Positions 28,036-38,067 of a DNA stretch of 64,000 nucleotides are shown piece by piece. Position numbers and translations under genes: made by a program. The stretch is from positions 1,204,961 through 1,268,960 of the forward strand of contig NZ_JASGHZ010000001.1 in NCBI RefSeq assembly GCF_047602155.1. The letters are read 5' to 3'. The notes under the pieces were generated by a model that did no database searches, was not told the origin of the DNA, and worked only from the letters and a program-made list of their open reading frames with translations. The number at the start of each line of letters is the position of its first letter. Position 1 is the stretch's first letter. The stretch comes from Microbacterium sp. (GTDB lineage: Bacteria; Actinomycetota; Actinomycetes; Actinomycetales; Microbacteriaceae).

Positions 28036-28734
28036 TTACGGGACGGCGCGGCGCAGCGTCAGGTACGAGGCTGCGGCGATCACGACCGTCAGCGCGAGGC
28101 CCCAGAGGGCGAGGCCGAGCGCGCCCTGCGTCAGGATCCACTCGATGGCGGAGACCCACGCCGCCGACCACGCCACGACCCACAGCACCGCCACGAGGAG
28201 CACCGCGAGCCCGAGGAACGTGAGCGTCAGGCCCAGCGGGCCGAATCGCTTGTACACCGTTGCGAAGCCGAACCCGGTGGTGAACAGCAGCATCGCGGCC
28301 GAGAAGTAGGTGAAGCCGGCCGCGAGCGGCCCGGACACCCAGATCCAGTCGAGGTAGAAGATGTAGCCGTTCAGGCCCCAGCCGTGCGTCGCCTGCTCGA
28401 TGAGACCGCCGAGAATGAACAGGATCGCGAGAAGCGCCGACGCGCCGACCGCGGTCAGCATCGTCCCGAGGAAGAACTCGCGCCGCGTGACGCTCATCGC
28501 CTGCGAGAACGGGAACGTGTAGCTCAGCGCGCCGATGCCCAGCGCGACGAAGTACCACAGGGGGGCCGAGGCGGCGCCGCCGGCCTTGACCACGTCGTCG
28601 ATGCCGGCTGCCGCGAGGATGGCGTAGACGGCGATGCTGAGTGCGACCGCGCCGCCGAGGATGATCAGCGGGATCCAGATGAACGTCTGGCGGTTGATCA
28701 GCTGCATGCGGACGACGTTGAGCGTACGGCTCAT
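28036..28734 (-). CDS. ABC-2-type transporter permease
   Basis: These are the last 232 codons of track ORF 28036..29403, starting MSRTLNVVRMQLINRQTF.... It has 6 TM segments. The ATG overlaps the stop of the upstream ATPase gene (ATGA). Confidence 0.65.
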   Translation of the reverse strand: MSRTLNVVRMQLINRQTFIWIPLIILGGAVALSIAVYAILAAAGIDDVVKAGGAASAPLWYFVALGIGALSYTFPFSQAMSVTRREFFLGTMLTAVGASALLAILFILGGLIEQATHGWGLNGYIFYLDWIWVSGPLAAGFTYFSAAMLLFTTGFGFATVYKRFGPLGLTLTFLGLAVLLVAVLWVVAWSAAWVSAIEWILTQGALGLALWGLALTVVIAAASYLTLRRAVP

Positions 28735-29636
28735 CGGAGTGCTCCTTCGGTCGACGGCGCCGGGTCGTCGGCGCGCTGGGTCAGACGGACGATCAACTGC
28801 TGCAGCGACACCGGTGCGACGTCGAGGCCGGCCTCGGCCAGGCGTCGGTGATCGTCGCGGGTAAGCGCGCCGATCACGGTGACCGACGCCACGCGGCCGA
28901 GCGTCTCGCGATGCACGACCTCGCGACCCGCGACGAACGCGTCGACGGCCGCCGCGTCGCCGACGATGGTCGCCGCGCGTCCGCGGACGGCGTCGGTCTC
29001 CTCGTCCATGATGATGTGGCCCTGGTCGATCACGATCACGCGCTCGATGAGGTTCGCGACCTCGTCGATCAGGTGGCTCGACAGGATGACCGTGCGCGGG
29101 TGCTCGGCGTAGTCGGCCAGCAGCCGATCGTAGAAGATCTGGCGGGCGACGGCATCCAGCCCGAGGTAGGGCTCGTCGAAGAAGGTGATCTCGGCGCGCG
29201 CGGCGAGGCCGATGACGACCCCGACCGCCGACAGCTGCCCGCGGGAGAGCTTCTTGATGCGCGTGCGCAGCGGCAGCCGGAAGTCGGCCACGAGGCGGTC
29301 GGCCAGTTCCTGGTTCCAGTTCGGGAAGAACAGGCGCGCCATCTTCAGCGCGTGCCGTGCCGTGGCGTCGTCGGGGTAGCGCTGGCTCTCGCGCACGAAG
29401 CACATGCGGCCGAGCACGTGGGCGTTCTCGTACGGGTGCTCGCCGAAGACGCGGACGTCGCCGCTCGTGGCGAAGTTCTGCGCCGTGAGGATCGACATGA
29501 GGGTGGTCTTGCCGGCGCCGTTGCGGCCGAGCAGCCCGTAGATCGTGTCCTTCTCGATCGTGAAGCTGACGTCGTCCACCGCGAGGGTGTCGCGGTAGCG
29601 CTTGGTGAGGTGGTCGACCTCGACGATGGTGGTCAT
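28731..29636 (-). CDS. ABC transporter ATP-binding protein
   Basis: Track ORF of 301 aa. It carries Walker A (GRNGAGKTT), the signature LSRGQ and Walker B (ITFFDEP). Confidence 0.85.
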   Translation of the reverse strand: MTTIVEVDHLTKRYRDTLAVDDVSFTIEKDTIYGLLGRNGAGKTTLMSILTAQNFATSGDVRVFGEHPYENAHVLGRMCFVRESQRYPDDATARHALKMARLFFPNWNQELADRLVADFRLPLRTRIKKLSRGQLSAVGVVIGLAARAEITFFDEPYLGLDAVARQIFYDRLLADYAEHPRTVILSSHLIDEVANLIERVIVIDQGHIIMDEETDAVRGRAATIVGDAAAVDAFVAGREVVHRETLGRVASVTVIGALTRDDHRRLAEAGLDVAPVSLQQLIVRLTQRADDPAPSTEGALR

Positions 29637-30025
29637 CGCTGGGTTCCTTCCGTGGCGATGTCGATGGACGCCGCGGCCCGCTCCGCGAGCAGCCGGCTCA
29701 CGTCGTCGGGGCCGAGGCCCAGCGTTCGCGCCTCGGCCAGCAGCGGGTCGAGGTAGCGGTCGGCGAACGCCGCGCGGCGTTCGGTGAGCAGCAGTTCGCG
29801 GGCGCCGTCGGCGACGAACATGCCGATGCCGCGGCGCTTGTACAGCACGCCCTTGTCGGTGAGCATCGCGATCCCTTTCGCCGCGGTGGCCGGATTGATG
29901 CGGTGGAAGGCGGCGAGCTCGTTCGTCGACGGTGCCTGTGCCTGCTCGGCGAGGCTGCCGTCGACGATGGCGTCTTCGATGCTCTCGGCGATCTGCACGA
30001 AGAGCGGTCGGCCTTCTTCGATCAC
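29633..30025 (-). CDS. GntR-family (YtrA-subfamily) transcriptional regulator
   Basis: Track ORF of 130 aa. It is a short GntR with the HTH PSTNELAAFHRINPATAAKGIAMLTDKGVLYKRRGIGMFV and is the first gene of a YtrA-ATPase-permease operon. Confidence 0.75.
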   Translation of the reverse strand: MIEEGRPLFVQIAESIEDAIVDGSLAEQAQAPSTNELAAFHRINPATAAKGIAMLTDKGVLYKRRGIGMFVADGARELLLTERRAAFADRYLDPLLAEARTLGLGPDDVSRLLAERAAASIDIATEGTQR

Positions 30026-30099
30026 TCCGGCCCCCTGCTGGTTTGGTGGTTAGTTACTTGACTAGGTAACCACGTCACCAGCGGGACGTCAAGGGCGGC

Positions 30100-30195
30100 G
30101 TGCCAAACGCAGGGCGAAACGCGCTTTCGGCGCGTGCGCGGCCGTCTGGGGGCCGGTTCACCCTGCGTTTGGCACAGCCGTGGTCAGTGAGGGGG
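30100..30195. repeat. 96-bp palindromic element, copy 1 (gtgccaaacgcaggg...ccctgcgtttggcac plus 20-bp tail)
   Basis: It is 94/96 identical to 38068-38163 in the same orientation. The arms gtgccaaacgcagggcgaa and ttcaccctgcgtttggcac form a long hairpin. Confidence 0.9.
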
Positions 30196-30228
30196 CCGCC
30201 GCCGCCGAGGCATGACCCCGCCGCACGC

Positions 30229-30266
30229 AAGAGACGGCACATCTCGCCGGAGATGTGCCGTCTCTT
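30229..30266 (-). terminator. Perfect 17-bp-stem hairpin downstream of the GH38 gene
   Basis: The arm aagagacggcacatctc pairs with gagatgtgccgtctctt across the loop gccg. There is no clear U-tract, so intrinsic-terminator function is only plausible. Confidence 0.45.
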
Positions 30267-30317
30267 CGGGAAGCTACTGCTCTTCGGGAAGCTACTGCTC
30301 TTCGGGAAGCTACTGCG
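30264..30317. repeat. Three tandem copies of an 18-bp unit cttcgggaagctactgc(t/g)
   Basis: Copies lie at 30264, 30282 and 30300. The last copy contains the GH38 stop codon (cta at 30310-30312 on the plus strand). Confidence 0.9.
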
Positions 30318-33312
30318 CGGCGCGGGGGATGCGCAGCGTGACGAGCTGGAACGGGCGCAGTGCAAGCGTGCCGTCGTCGGACAGGCTCGCGGCGGCCACG
30401 GGGCGCTCCAGCAGGTCGGTCTCGACCGGCGTGCCGTGCGTGAACCCGAACCGGATGCCCGTGCGCACGCGCTCGCCGAGCGCCTCGTACAGGCGCACGA
30501 TGACGTCGCCGGAGCCGTCGCGGGCGAGCTTGACCGCCTCGACCACGACGCCCCCGTCGGTCACCATCACGAGGGGCTCGACCGCAGAGGTTCCGGCGTT
30601 GTCGATCACGCGCGGCGCGAGGTTCGTCCGGTAGCCCTCGACGACGGCATCCTGCACCTCGGCGCCGATCACGACGCCGACCTCGAGCCGGTATTCGCCT
30701 TCGTCGTGGCGCGGGTCGGGGAAGAGGGGGCTCCGCAGCAGCGACAGCCGCACGAGCGAGAACGTGCCGCCGCCCTGGCGCTCGTGGCGGGTGATGTCGT
30801 GCCCGTACGTCGAGTCGTTCGTGACCGCGACCCCGAAGCCGGGCTCACCGACGCGCACCCAGCGGTGCGCGGCCGTCTCGAACCGCGCCGCGTCCCACGA
30901 CGTGTTCGTGTGCGTGGGGCGCTCGATGTGTCCGAACTGGATCTCGGACGCGGCCCGGTCGGTGTGCACGTCGACGGGGAAGCCGAGCTTCAGCAGCTTC
31001 TGCGTCTCGTGCCAGTCGATCTGGAACGACAGCGAGAGGACGCGGGAGCCGGATGCCAGGCGCACCCGCTCTACGATCCGCGACGTGCCGAACGTGCGCT
31101 CGATCACGACGTCGTCGCCCTCGACGCGCACCATCGATGCGGCGAGCTCGTCGCTGTGGCGGCGGTAGGTGTCGTCGATGTCCCAGGCATCCCACTGCGT
31201 CGGAGTGTCACGGTGCAGGTGCACGACGCCGCCCCGCTCACCCGGGGGGACGCTCTCGCGCCCGGTGGCGAGATCGACGAGCGACGCGAACGTGCCGTCG
31301 GCACCGATCACGGCTCGAACGATCCCGTTGTCGAGGACGAACCCGTCGCCGCTCGGCGACGGCGCCGCGAACCCGGCCGATGAGGCACGGCCGATCGACA
31401 GCGCAGCCACCTCGTCGCGCTCGTGCGGCGCCGCGTTGGCGAGCACGGTCTCGGTGCCCGTGCCGACGAGGGCGCGCAGCGCGGTGCCGATGATCTGCTC
31501 CGCGCTCTCGCGGATCGCCGCGTACCCGCGCTCGGCGTCCTGGTGGACCCACGCGATCGAGGTGCCCGGGAGGATGTCGTGGAACTGCTGCAGCAGCAGG
31601 TGACGCCACAGGCGCTGCAGCTCGGCGGCGGGGTACTCGGCCCCCGCGCGGACGCTCGCGGTGGCCGCCCACAGCTCCGCCTCGCGCAGCAGGTGCTCGC
31701 TGCGGCGGTTGCCCTGCTTGGTGCGCAGCTGGCTCGTGTACGTGCCGCGGTGGAACTCGAGGTACAGCTCGCCGCTCCACACCTCGGGGTTCGGGTACTC
31801 GGCCTCGGCCGTCTCGAAGAAGGTGCGCGGTGTCGAGTGCCGCACCGACGGCGAGCCCTCCAGCGAACCGGTGCGTGCGACCGCCGCCGTCATCTCGCGC
31901 GTCGGACCGCCGCCGCCGTCGCCGTAGCCGTAGGGGAGCAGCGAGACGCGTGCGCGCCCCTTGTCGGAGAAGTTCCGCTGCGCGTGCGCGAGGTCGGCGC
32001 CCGACACGTCGGAGTTGTACTTGTCGACGGGCGGGAAGTGCGTGAAAATGCGGCTGCCGTCGATGCCCTCCCAGTGGAAGGTGTGGTGCGGGATGCGGTT
32101 GGTCTCGTTCCACGAGATCTTCTGCGTCAGGAACCAGCGCGCGCCCGCGGCGCGCATGATCTGCGGGAGAGCCGCGGTGTACCCGAACGAGTCGGGCAGC
32201 CAGACCTCGGGGGTGTCGATGCCGAACTCCTCGAGGAAGAAGCTCTTGCCCTCGAGGAACTGGCGGGCCATCGCCTCGCCGCCGACCATGTTCGTGTCGG
32301 ATTCGACCCACATGCCGCCGACGGGGACGAAACGGCCCTCGCGGACGCGCTCGACGAGCCGGCCCCAGATCTCCGGGTAGCGCTCCTTGATCCAGGCGAA
32401 CTGCTGCGCCGACGAGCTCGCGAACACGAAGTCGGGGTCCTCGTCCATGAGCGCGAGCACGTTGGAGAACGTGCGGGCGACCTTGCGGGCCGTCTCGCGC
32501 ACCGGCCATAGCCACGCCGAGTCGATGTGCGCGTGCCCGACGGCGTGCAGCACGTGCGCGCTCGCGTGCGCGGGGCTCGCGAGCAGCGGCGCGAGCACGG
32601 CGCGACCGGCATCCGCCGTCCCCGCCACGTCGTGCGGATCGACGGCGTCCACCATCCGGTCCAGCCCCTCGACGAGCTCCGCGCGGCGCGGCGACGAGGC
32701 GTCGAGCTCGGCGACGAGCTGGCGCAGGACGATCACGTCGTCCACGAGCGCGCTCACGGTCAGATCCCGCAGACCCAGCTCGAGCGTGCGTAGGCGGTAG
32801 ATCGGCTCGCTGCCGGCGGTCGTCGGGTCGCCCAGGTGCGTGGGGTCGAAGCTGAACAGGCTGCCGACGTCGGGGTTGGATGCCGCCTCGACCAGGACGT
32901 CCACGGCGCCGTCGACGACGGCGCCGGCGACCGTCGTGTTGAACGGTGACACGCCCTTGATGACGGATCCGTCGCGGCGCCAGACCAGCGCCTCCGCCTG
33001 GAAGCCGCTCTGCCCCGCGGTGAACCCGAGATCGACGACCAGTTCCGCGCGCGTGCCCGGCTGGTCGAGCCACGCGGCGGGCACGGCTCCGTGCACGGCG
33101 AACCAGGTCGTTCCCCAGGGCCGACCCCACACGTCGCCGACGGCGAACGGCGTGAAGGGCGCGACCGAGGCCTCCTCGAACGGCACCGGCTCCCCGGGCG
33201 CCTCCCACGCCGAGACCGTGAGCGGCGCGGAGGCCCGGTGGACGGCGGGCAGCAGTCGCTCCCGGAGGAAGCGGTCGACCCGCATTTCGATGAGGGGGGT
33301 GCGGTCGTGCAC
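30310..33312 (-). CDS. GH38-family alpha-mannosidase
   Basis: Track ORF of 1000 aa. The N-terminal catalytic region reads HAVGHAHIDSAWLWPVRETARKVARTFSNVLALMDEDPDFVF, and the length is typical of cytosolic bacterial GH38. Confidence 0.85.
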   Translation of the reverse strand: MHDRTPLIEMRVDRFLRERLLPAVHRASAPLTVSAWEAPGEPVPFEEASVAPFTPFAVGDVWGRPWGTTWFAVHGAVPAAWLDQPGTRAELVVDLGFTAGQSGFQAEALVWRRDGSVIKGVSPFNTTVAGAVVDGAVDVLVEAASNPDVGSLFSFDPTHLGDPTTAGSEPIYRLRTLELGLRDLTVSALVDDVIVLRQLVAELDASSPRRAELVEGLDRMVDAVDPHDVAGTADAGRAVLAPLLASPAHASAHVLHAVGHAHIDSAWLWPVRETARKVARTFSNVLALMDEDPDFVFASSSAQQFAWIKERYPEIWGRLVERVREGRFVPVGGMWVESDTNMVGGEAMARQFLEGKSFFLEEFGIDTPEVWLPDSFGYTAALPQIMRAAGARWFLTQKISWNETNRIPHHTFHWEGIDGSRIFTHFPPVDKYNSDVSGADLAHAQRNFSDKGRARVSLLPYGYGDGGGGPTREMTAAVARTGSLEGSPSVRHSTPRTFFETAEAEYPNPEVWSGELYLEFHRGTYTSQLRTKQGNRRSEHLLREAELWAATASVRAGAEYPAAELQRLWRHLLLQQFHDILPGTSIAWVHQDAERGYAAIRESAEQIIGTALRALVGTGTETVLANAAPHERDEVAALSIGRASSAGFAAPSPSGDGFVLDNGIVRAVIGADGTFASLVDLATGRESVPPGERGGVVHLHRDTPTQWDAWDIDDTYRRHSDELAASMVRVEGDDVVIERTFGTSRIVERVRLASGSRVLSLSFQIDWHETQKLLKLGFPVDVHTDRAASEIQFGHIERPTHTNTSWDAARFETAAHRWVRVGEPGFGVAVTNDSTYGHDITRHERQGGGTFSLVRLSLLRSPLFPDPRHDEGEYRLEVGVVIGAEVQDAVVEGYRTNLAPRVIDNAGTSAVEPLVMVTDGGVVVEAVKLARDGSGDVIVRLYEALGERVRTGIRFGFTHGTPVETDLLERPVAAASLSDDGTLALRPFQLVTLRIPRAAQ

Positions 33313-33384
33313 GTGCGGTGGGTCCTTACGTCGAGGGTCGGCCGGGCAGGCCCGGTGGAGAAGCGGGAGGCGGGGGCGGGGGTG

Positions 33385-34272
33385 TCAGCCCTTGACGCCG
33401 CCGGCCATGGCGAACGAGTTGCCCGTCATGCGCTGCATGACGAGGTAGAGAACGAGAATCGGCGCGGAGTAGAGCATCGCGAACGCCGCGAGCTGCCCGT
33501 AGGCTACCGCGCCGTGGTTTCCGAAGAACGTGAAGATCGCGACGGCGGCCGGCATCTTCTCCGAGCTGAACAGCAGGATGAAGGGGACGAAGAAGTTCCC
33601 CCACGCCTGAGTGAACACGAAGATGAACACGACGCCGAGGCCGGGGCGCATGAGCGGCAGGACGATCTGCCACAGCGCGCGCATCGCCGATGCCCCGTCG
33701 ACCCACGCCGACTCCTCGAGAGAGACCGGCACCGAGTCCATGAAGTTCTTCAGCATCCAGATCGCCATCGGAAGCGACGTGGCGGCGAGGAAGAGGATCA
33801 CTCCCACGAGCGAGTCGAGCAGCTTGAACTGCACGAACATCGCGTACACCGGCACCATCAGCGCGGTGATCGGAAGGCAGGAGCCGAACAGCACGCCGTA
33901 CAGGAAGCCGCGGTTGAAGCGCATGTTGAAGCGCGACAGCGGATAGGCGGCGAGCACGCCGACCACGACCGTCAGCGAGGCCGTCCCGAAGGAGATCAGG
34001 GTCGAGTTCCACAGTGGAAGGAGCGTCTGATCGAACGTGAAGACCGCGGCGAAGTTGTCGAGCGTCAGCGATCCCGGCACGGAGACCGACACGAGCGCCT
34101 TCGGGTCGACCGACGAGAACACGATCCAGGCGATCGGGATGAGGAACGAGAGGCCGATCACCACGAGCGAGATGTTCGCGAACCACCGCGCCCCTTGTCG
34201 TGTGGGTGCGGCGACCGATCGCGGGGTGCGGCGTCGGGCCGGTGCGGCCAAGGTTGCGGGGGCGACGGTCAT
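33385..34272 (-). CDS. Carbohydrate ABC transporter permease (MalG-like)
   Basis: These are the last 295 codons of track ORF 33385..34803 (MTVAPATLAAP...). The EAA-like loop reads LEESAWVDGASAMRALWQIVLPLMRPG. The start overlaps the upstream stop (ATGA). Confidence 0.85.
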   Translation of the reverse strand: MTVAPATLAAPARRRTPRSVAAPTRQGARWFANISLVVIGLSFLIPIAWIVFSSVDPKALVSVSVPGSLTLDNFAAVFTFDQTLLPLWNSTLISFGTASLTVVVGVLAAYPLSRFNMRFNRGFLYGVLFGSCLPITALMVPVYAMFVQFKLLDSLVGVILFLAATSLPMAIWMLKNFMDSVPVSLEESAWVDGASAMRALWQIVLPLMRPGLGVVFIFVFTQAWGNFFVPFILLFSSEKMPAAVAIFTFFGNHGAVAYGQLAAFAMLYSAPILVLYLVMQRMTGNSFAMAGGVKG

Positions 34273-35201
34273 GACTCCACCTCGGGCTTGAGGATCTTGA
34301 TGTAGAGGATCGCGAACACGGCGCCGAGCACGATCGTGACGGCCGCGATCGCGGTGCCGTAGCCGACCTGCGCGAACTTGAACGCCTCCTGGTAGGCGAG
34401 CACGGGCAGCGTCGAGCTGCGCGTGCCGGGGCCGCCCGCGGTCATCACCCAGATGAGGCCGAAGGTTCCGATCGTCTGCAGCGTCGTCAGCATCAGGTTG
34501 GTGGTGATCGAGCGGCGGATCATCGGGATGGTCACGAGGAAGAAGCGCTGCACCGTGGTGGTGCCGTCGATCTGCGCGGCTTCTTGCACCGCGGGGTCGA
34601 CTTCCGCGAGGGCGGCGTTGTAGACGAGCATCGAGAAGGCCGTCCCGCGCCAGATGTTCGCGAGGATGACGGTGAGCATCGGGTAGTCGATGAGCCAGCT
34701 GACCGAGCCGAGCCCGATGCCGTTCAGCATCGCGTTGAGGGTGCCGTCGGAGGAGAAGTAGGCGTAGAGGGCGAAAGCGGCGACGACCTCGGGCATGACC
34801 CACGCGACGACGACGAGGGTGCTCACGGTCACGGACAGTGCCTTCGTCGCCGTGCGGATGAGGACCGCCAGGGCGAGCCCGAGGACGTTCTGGCCGATGA
34901 TCGCCGAGAACAACACGAAGACGAGGGTGAGGACGACGGAGTTCCAGAAGTCCTTGTCGCCGAAGAGGGCGATGTAGTTGTCGAGGCCGATGAACTCGGG
35001 CTTCGCGGCGCGATAGCCCGACAGCGCCTGGTTCGTCAACGATCCCCAGAGGGCGAAGATGATCGGCCCGACCAGGAAGATGACGAGGAGGATGAGCGCC
35101 GGGATCAGCGGGGTCGACTTCGACAGGGTGCGGAGGGTGCCCCGCCCGCTCCGGGCACCCGAAGGAGCGCGGAGCGGGCGAGGCGTGGTCACGGTGGCCA
35201 T
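34269..35201 (-). CDS. Carbohydrate ABC transporter permease (MalF-like)
   Basis: These are the last 310 codons of track ORF 34269..35864 (MATVTTPRPL...). The EAA loop reads QEAAQIDGTTTVQRFFLVTIPMIR. Confidence 0.85.
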   Translation of the reverse strand: MATVTTPRPLRAPSGARSGRGTLRTLSKSTPLIPALILLVIFLVGPIIFALWGSLTNQALSGYRAAKPEFIGLDNYIALFGDKDFWNSVVLTLVFVLFSAIIGQNVLGLALAVLIRTATKALSVTVSTLVVVAWVMPEVVAAFALYAYFSSDGTLNAMLNGIGLGSVSWLIDYPMLTVILANIWRGTAFSMLVYNAALAEVDPAVQEAAQIDGTTTVQRFFLVTIPMIRRSITTNLMLTTLQTIGTFGLIWVMTAGGPGTRSSTLPVLAYQEAFKFAQVGYGTAIAAVTIVLGAVFAILYIKILKPEVES

Positions 35202-35206
35202 CCGGC

Positions 35207-36571
35207 TCAGTCGCCAGCCTCGACGTGTGACGCGCCGACGATCTTGGTCAGGGCGTCGTCGTAGGTCTGCGCCGCCTCTTCCGCTGTCGCGTCGCCCGTG
35301 ATGACGGACTCCGCGGCCTGCTGCAGCGCACTGGAGATCTGCGAGTAGTCCGGCGTCGCGGGACGGAAGTGCGTGTACTGCACGAGGTCCGAGAAGAACG
35401 AGAACGTGGGGTTGTAGTCCAGGTACTCGTCCGTGGTCGCGACGTCGTCGCGCACGGCGATCTGGCTGTTCTCGGTGTCGTACTTGAGCGAGTTCTCCTG
35501 GTTCAGGGCCATCGCGATGAAGTCGAAGGAGGTCTTCGGGTAGTCCGTCTGCGAACCGACCGCGAGCGTCCAGCCGCCCGACATCGACGTGTAGCCCGGA
35601 TCCTCGCCATTCTGGGTGGGCATCTTGGCCAGACCGATGGTGCTCTCCCAGTCGGCCCACGCGTTGTCGCCTTCGATCCAGCCGCCGGGCAGCCACGAGC
35701 CGTCGATCGCCATCGCGAGCTTGCCCTCTGGGATCAGCTCGGTGGAGACGCGGCTGCCGATCGTCGAATCGAGCGCGAGGTCGAGCGGCGTCCCCAGGTC
35801 GTTCTCGTAGAGCGTCTGGTAGAAGCCGAGCGAGTCGGTCATGCCGGTCGAGCCGGTGACCCACTTCTGCGAGTCGGTGTCGTACAGCGTCGACTTCGTG
35901 CCGTAGAGGAGCATCTCCAGACCCTGCATGGATGCCTGCTCGCTGGCTGATTTGCTGCCGTAGATGTTCAGCGGTATGAGGTCGGCGTCGTAGGCGTGGA
36001 TCGCCTCAGCGGCCTCGATGATGTCATCCCAGCTCTCCGGCTGCCAGTCGGTCGGCAGGCCGGCCGCGGCGAAGATGTTCTTGTTGTAGTAGATGGCGCG
36101 GGTGTCCGTGCCCATCGAGACGCCGTACGTCTGGCCGTCGTCACCGAGACCGGCCTCCTTGGCGGCGTCGTAGAACTGGCTCCAGTCGTCCCAGTCGGCG
36201 AGGTAGTCGTCGATCGGCAGCAGGTAGCCGGCGGCGGCATCCGAACGGATCTGGAACGTGTCCTCGTAGATGACGTCGGGGGCCGTGTCGGCCGAGCCGT
36301 TCATGAGGGCGAGCTTGGTGAAGTACTCGTCCTCGGACTCGATCGGCTGCAGGTTGACCGTGACGCCGGGGTTGGCGGCCTCGAACTCGGGCTTGACCTT
36401 CTGGAAGAGGTCATCGAGCTGGTGGAACGCGGAGGTCATCTGGTAGACCACCGTGATCGTGCGGTCGCCGGTCTCGTCTGCGCTGGGGGTGGAATCGCTC
36501 GAGGCGCATCCGCTGAGGATGGCGCCGACGGTGGCGATCGCCGCGATGGTGCCGAGCCTGCTGTGTTGCAT
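35207..36571 (-). CDS. Sugar ABC transporter substrate-binding lipoprotein
   Basis: Track ORF of 454 aa. It has a signal peptide plus lipobox (AILSGCASS) and an extracellular solute-binding family 1 pattern. Confidence 0.8.
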   Translation of the reverse strand: MQHSRLGTIAAIATVGAILSGCASSDSTPSADETGDRTITVVYQMTSAFHQLDDLFQKVKPEFEAANPGVTVNLQPIESEDEYFTKLALMNGSADTAPDVIYEDTFQIRSDAAAGYLLPIDDYLADWDDWSQFYDAAKEAGLGDDGQTYGVSMGTDTRAIYYNKNIFAAAGLPTDWQPESWDDIIEAAEAIHAYDADLIPLNIYGSKSASEQASMQGLEMLLYGTKSTLYDTDSQKWVTGSTGMTDSLGFYQTLYENDLGTPLDLALDSTIGSRVSTELIPEGKLAMAIDGSWLPGGWIEGDNAWADWESTIGLAKMPTQNGEDPGYTSMSGGWTLAVGSQTDYPKTSFDFIAMALNQENSLKYDTENSQIAVRDDVATTDEYLDYNPTFSFFSDLVQYTHFRPATPDYSQISSALQQAAESVITGDATAEEAAQTYDDALTKIVGASHVEAGD

Positions 36572-36685
36572 TCCTGCTCCTTTGCTAGGGGGGTTCGAGC
36601 ACTCTCGTGTGCCGGACTCGTGGGTTAATCTATCAAATGGATTAAAGATGTCAAGCAGTTCCTCCTGGATCTGAGGGAGCGGGGA

Positions 36686-37903
36686 CTACTCCGTGATCAG
36701 CAGCGCCGTCGGCCGCGCCGTGAAGGCGCGATCCAACAGGAGGCACGCCGCGCCCACCGCCGCGGCATCCGTGCCCCCGCGTGAATCGCGCAGGCGCAGC
36801 GGCCCCGTCGTGCGCACCGCCGTGTCGCGGGCGAGCGCCGCACGGAGCGGATCGCGCAGCACGGGAGCGAGTCGCACCCAAACGGGGCCGCCGATCACCG
36901 CCATGTCGACGTCGAGCAGGTTGTTGATCTGCACGAGGCCGCGGGCCAGACGGCGCGCGGCCTGTTCGAGCGCCGCGACCGCGCGCGGCTCGCCGTCTTC
37001 GGCGAGGCCGCGCAGGCGGTCGAGCGCAGGCCGCGGGTCTGCAGAGCCCGGGCGATCCGCCCCCTCCAGGAGGCCCGCTTCGCGCAGGAGCTCGTCGGGT
37101 TCGAGCGAGGTGCCGAGGCATCCCCGCGCACCGCACTCGCACCGAGGGCCGTCCGCATCGACACCGAGGTGCGCGATGTCGCCCGCGTTCCCCGTCCGCC
37201 CCCGCACGGGAAGCCCGGACTGCGTGAGGCCCGCACCGATGCCCGCGCCGTAGTAGAAGAACAGCGTGTCACCGGGCTCGTCACCGTACGCCAGCCACTG
37301 CTCGCCGACGACGGCGGCCGTCACGTCCTTCTCCAGCACCGTCGGCATCCCGGTCTCGTCGAGCAGCCGGGCGGTGAGGTCGACGCCATGCCACGCGGGG
37401 AGCAGCGGCGGATCGAGGAGCCGTCCCGATGCGGTGTCGACCGGTCCCGGCGCCGCGACGCCGATGCCGAGGATCCGATCCGTGTCGATGCCGGCGCGGT
37501 CCACGATCGCCCGCACGGCTCCCGCCATCGCCGCCACGAGCCGCGTGGCATCCTGTGTCTGCCCGGGGGGATGCTCCGCCTGCGCGATCACCCTTCCCGA
37601 CATGTCCACGATCATGATCGTGTCGACGCTGGGGTCCAGGTGGACCCCGATCGCATAGCGCGAGCGAGGATCGAGGGCGAGGAGCGTGCGCGGCTTGCCC
37701 GGCCCCGAGATGACCTTGCCGGCCTCGAGGATCAGCCCCTCATTCGTCAGGCGGCGCGTGACGTTGCTGAGCGTCTGCGGGGACAGCCCCGTGCGCTCCG
37801 CGAGCTCGACGCGGCTGAGCCCCTCCGGTGACCGGCGGATCAGGTCGAGAACCAGCGTCTGGTTGTAACTGCCGACGGCGGGCAGATTGGATCCCCGGCG
37901 CAC
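36686..37903 (-). CDS. ROK-family transcriptional regulator
   Basis: Track ORF 36686..38074, trimmed to the GTG at 37903, which has AAGGAG 7 bp upstream. The N-terminal MarR-like HTH reads NQTLVLDLIRRSPEGLSRVELAERTGLSPQTLSNVTRRL, followed by a ROK sugar-kinase fold with the CxCGxxGC motif (CECGARGC). Confidence 0.75.
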   Translation of the reverse strand: MRRGSNLPAVGSYNQTLVLDLIRRSPEGLSRVELAERTGLSPQTLSNVTRRLTNEGLILEAGKVISGPGKPRTLLALDPRSRYAIGVHLDPSVDTIMIVDMSGRVIAQAEHPPGQTQDATRLVAAMAGAVRAIVDRAGIDTDRILGIGVAAPGPVDTASGRLLDPPLLPAWHGVDLTARLLDETGMPTVLEKDVTAAVVGEQWLAYGDEPGDTLFFYYGAGIGAGLTQSGLPVRGRTGNAGDIAHLGVDADGPRCECGARGCLGTSLEPDELLREAGLLEGADRPGSADPRPALDRLRGLAEDGEPRAVAALEQAARRLARGLVQINNLLDVDMAVIGGPVWVRLAPVLRDPLRAALARDTAVRTTGPLRLRDSRGGTDAAAVGAACLLLDRAFTARPTALLITE

Positions 37904-38067
37904 TGGTGCTCCTTCCCTTCCGTCACACGGTATCGCCTTCCCGGCCCGGTCGTTTCCTTGTCGGGAGAGGGCCACCGCTTGTGGGCGACCTGGGCTCCGC
38001 GGGTGTCGCGGCTCCGTCCACCGCGACCGACAGCGGCTGCCGCGCCGGGGTGACGGGGCGACGGCGC

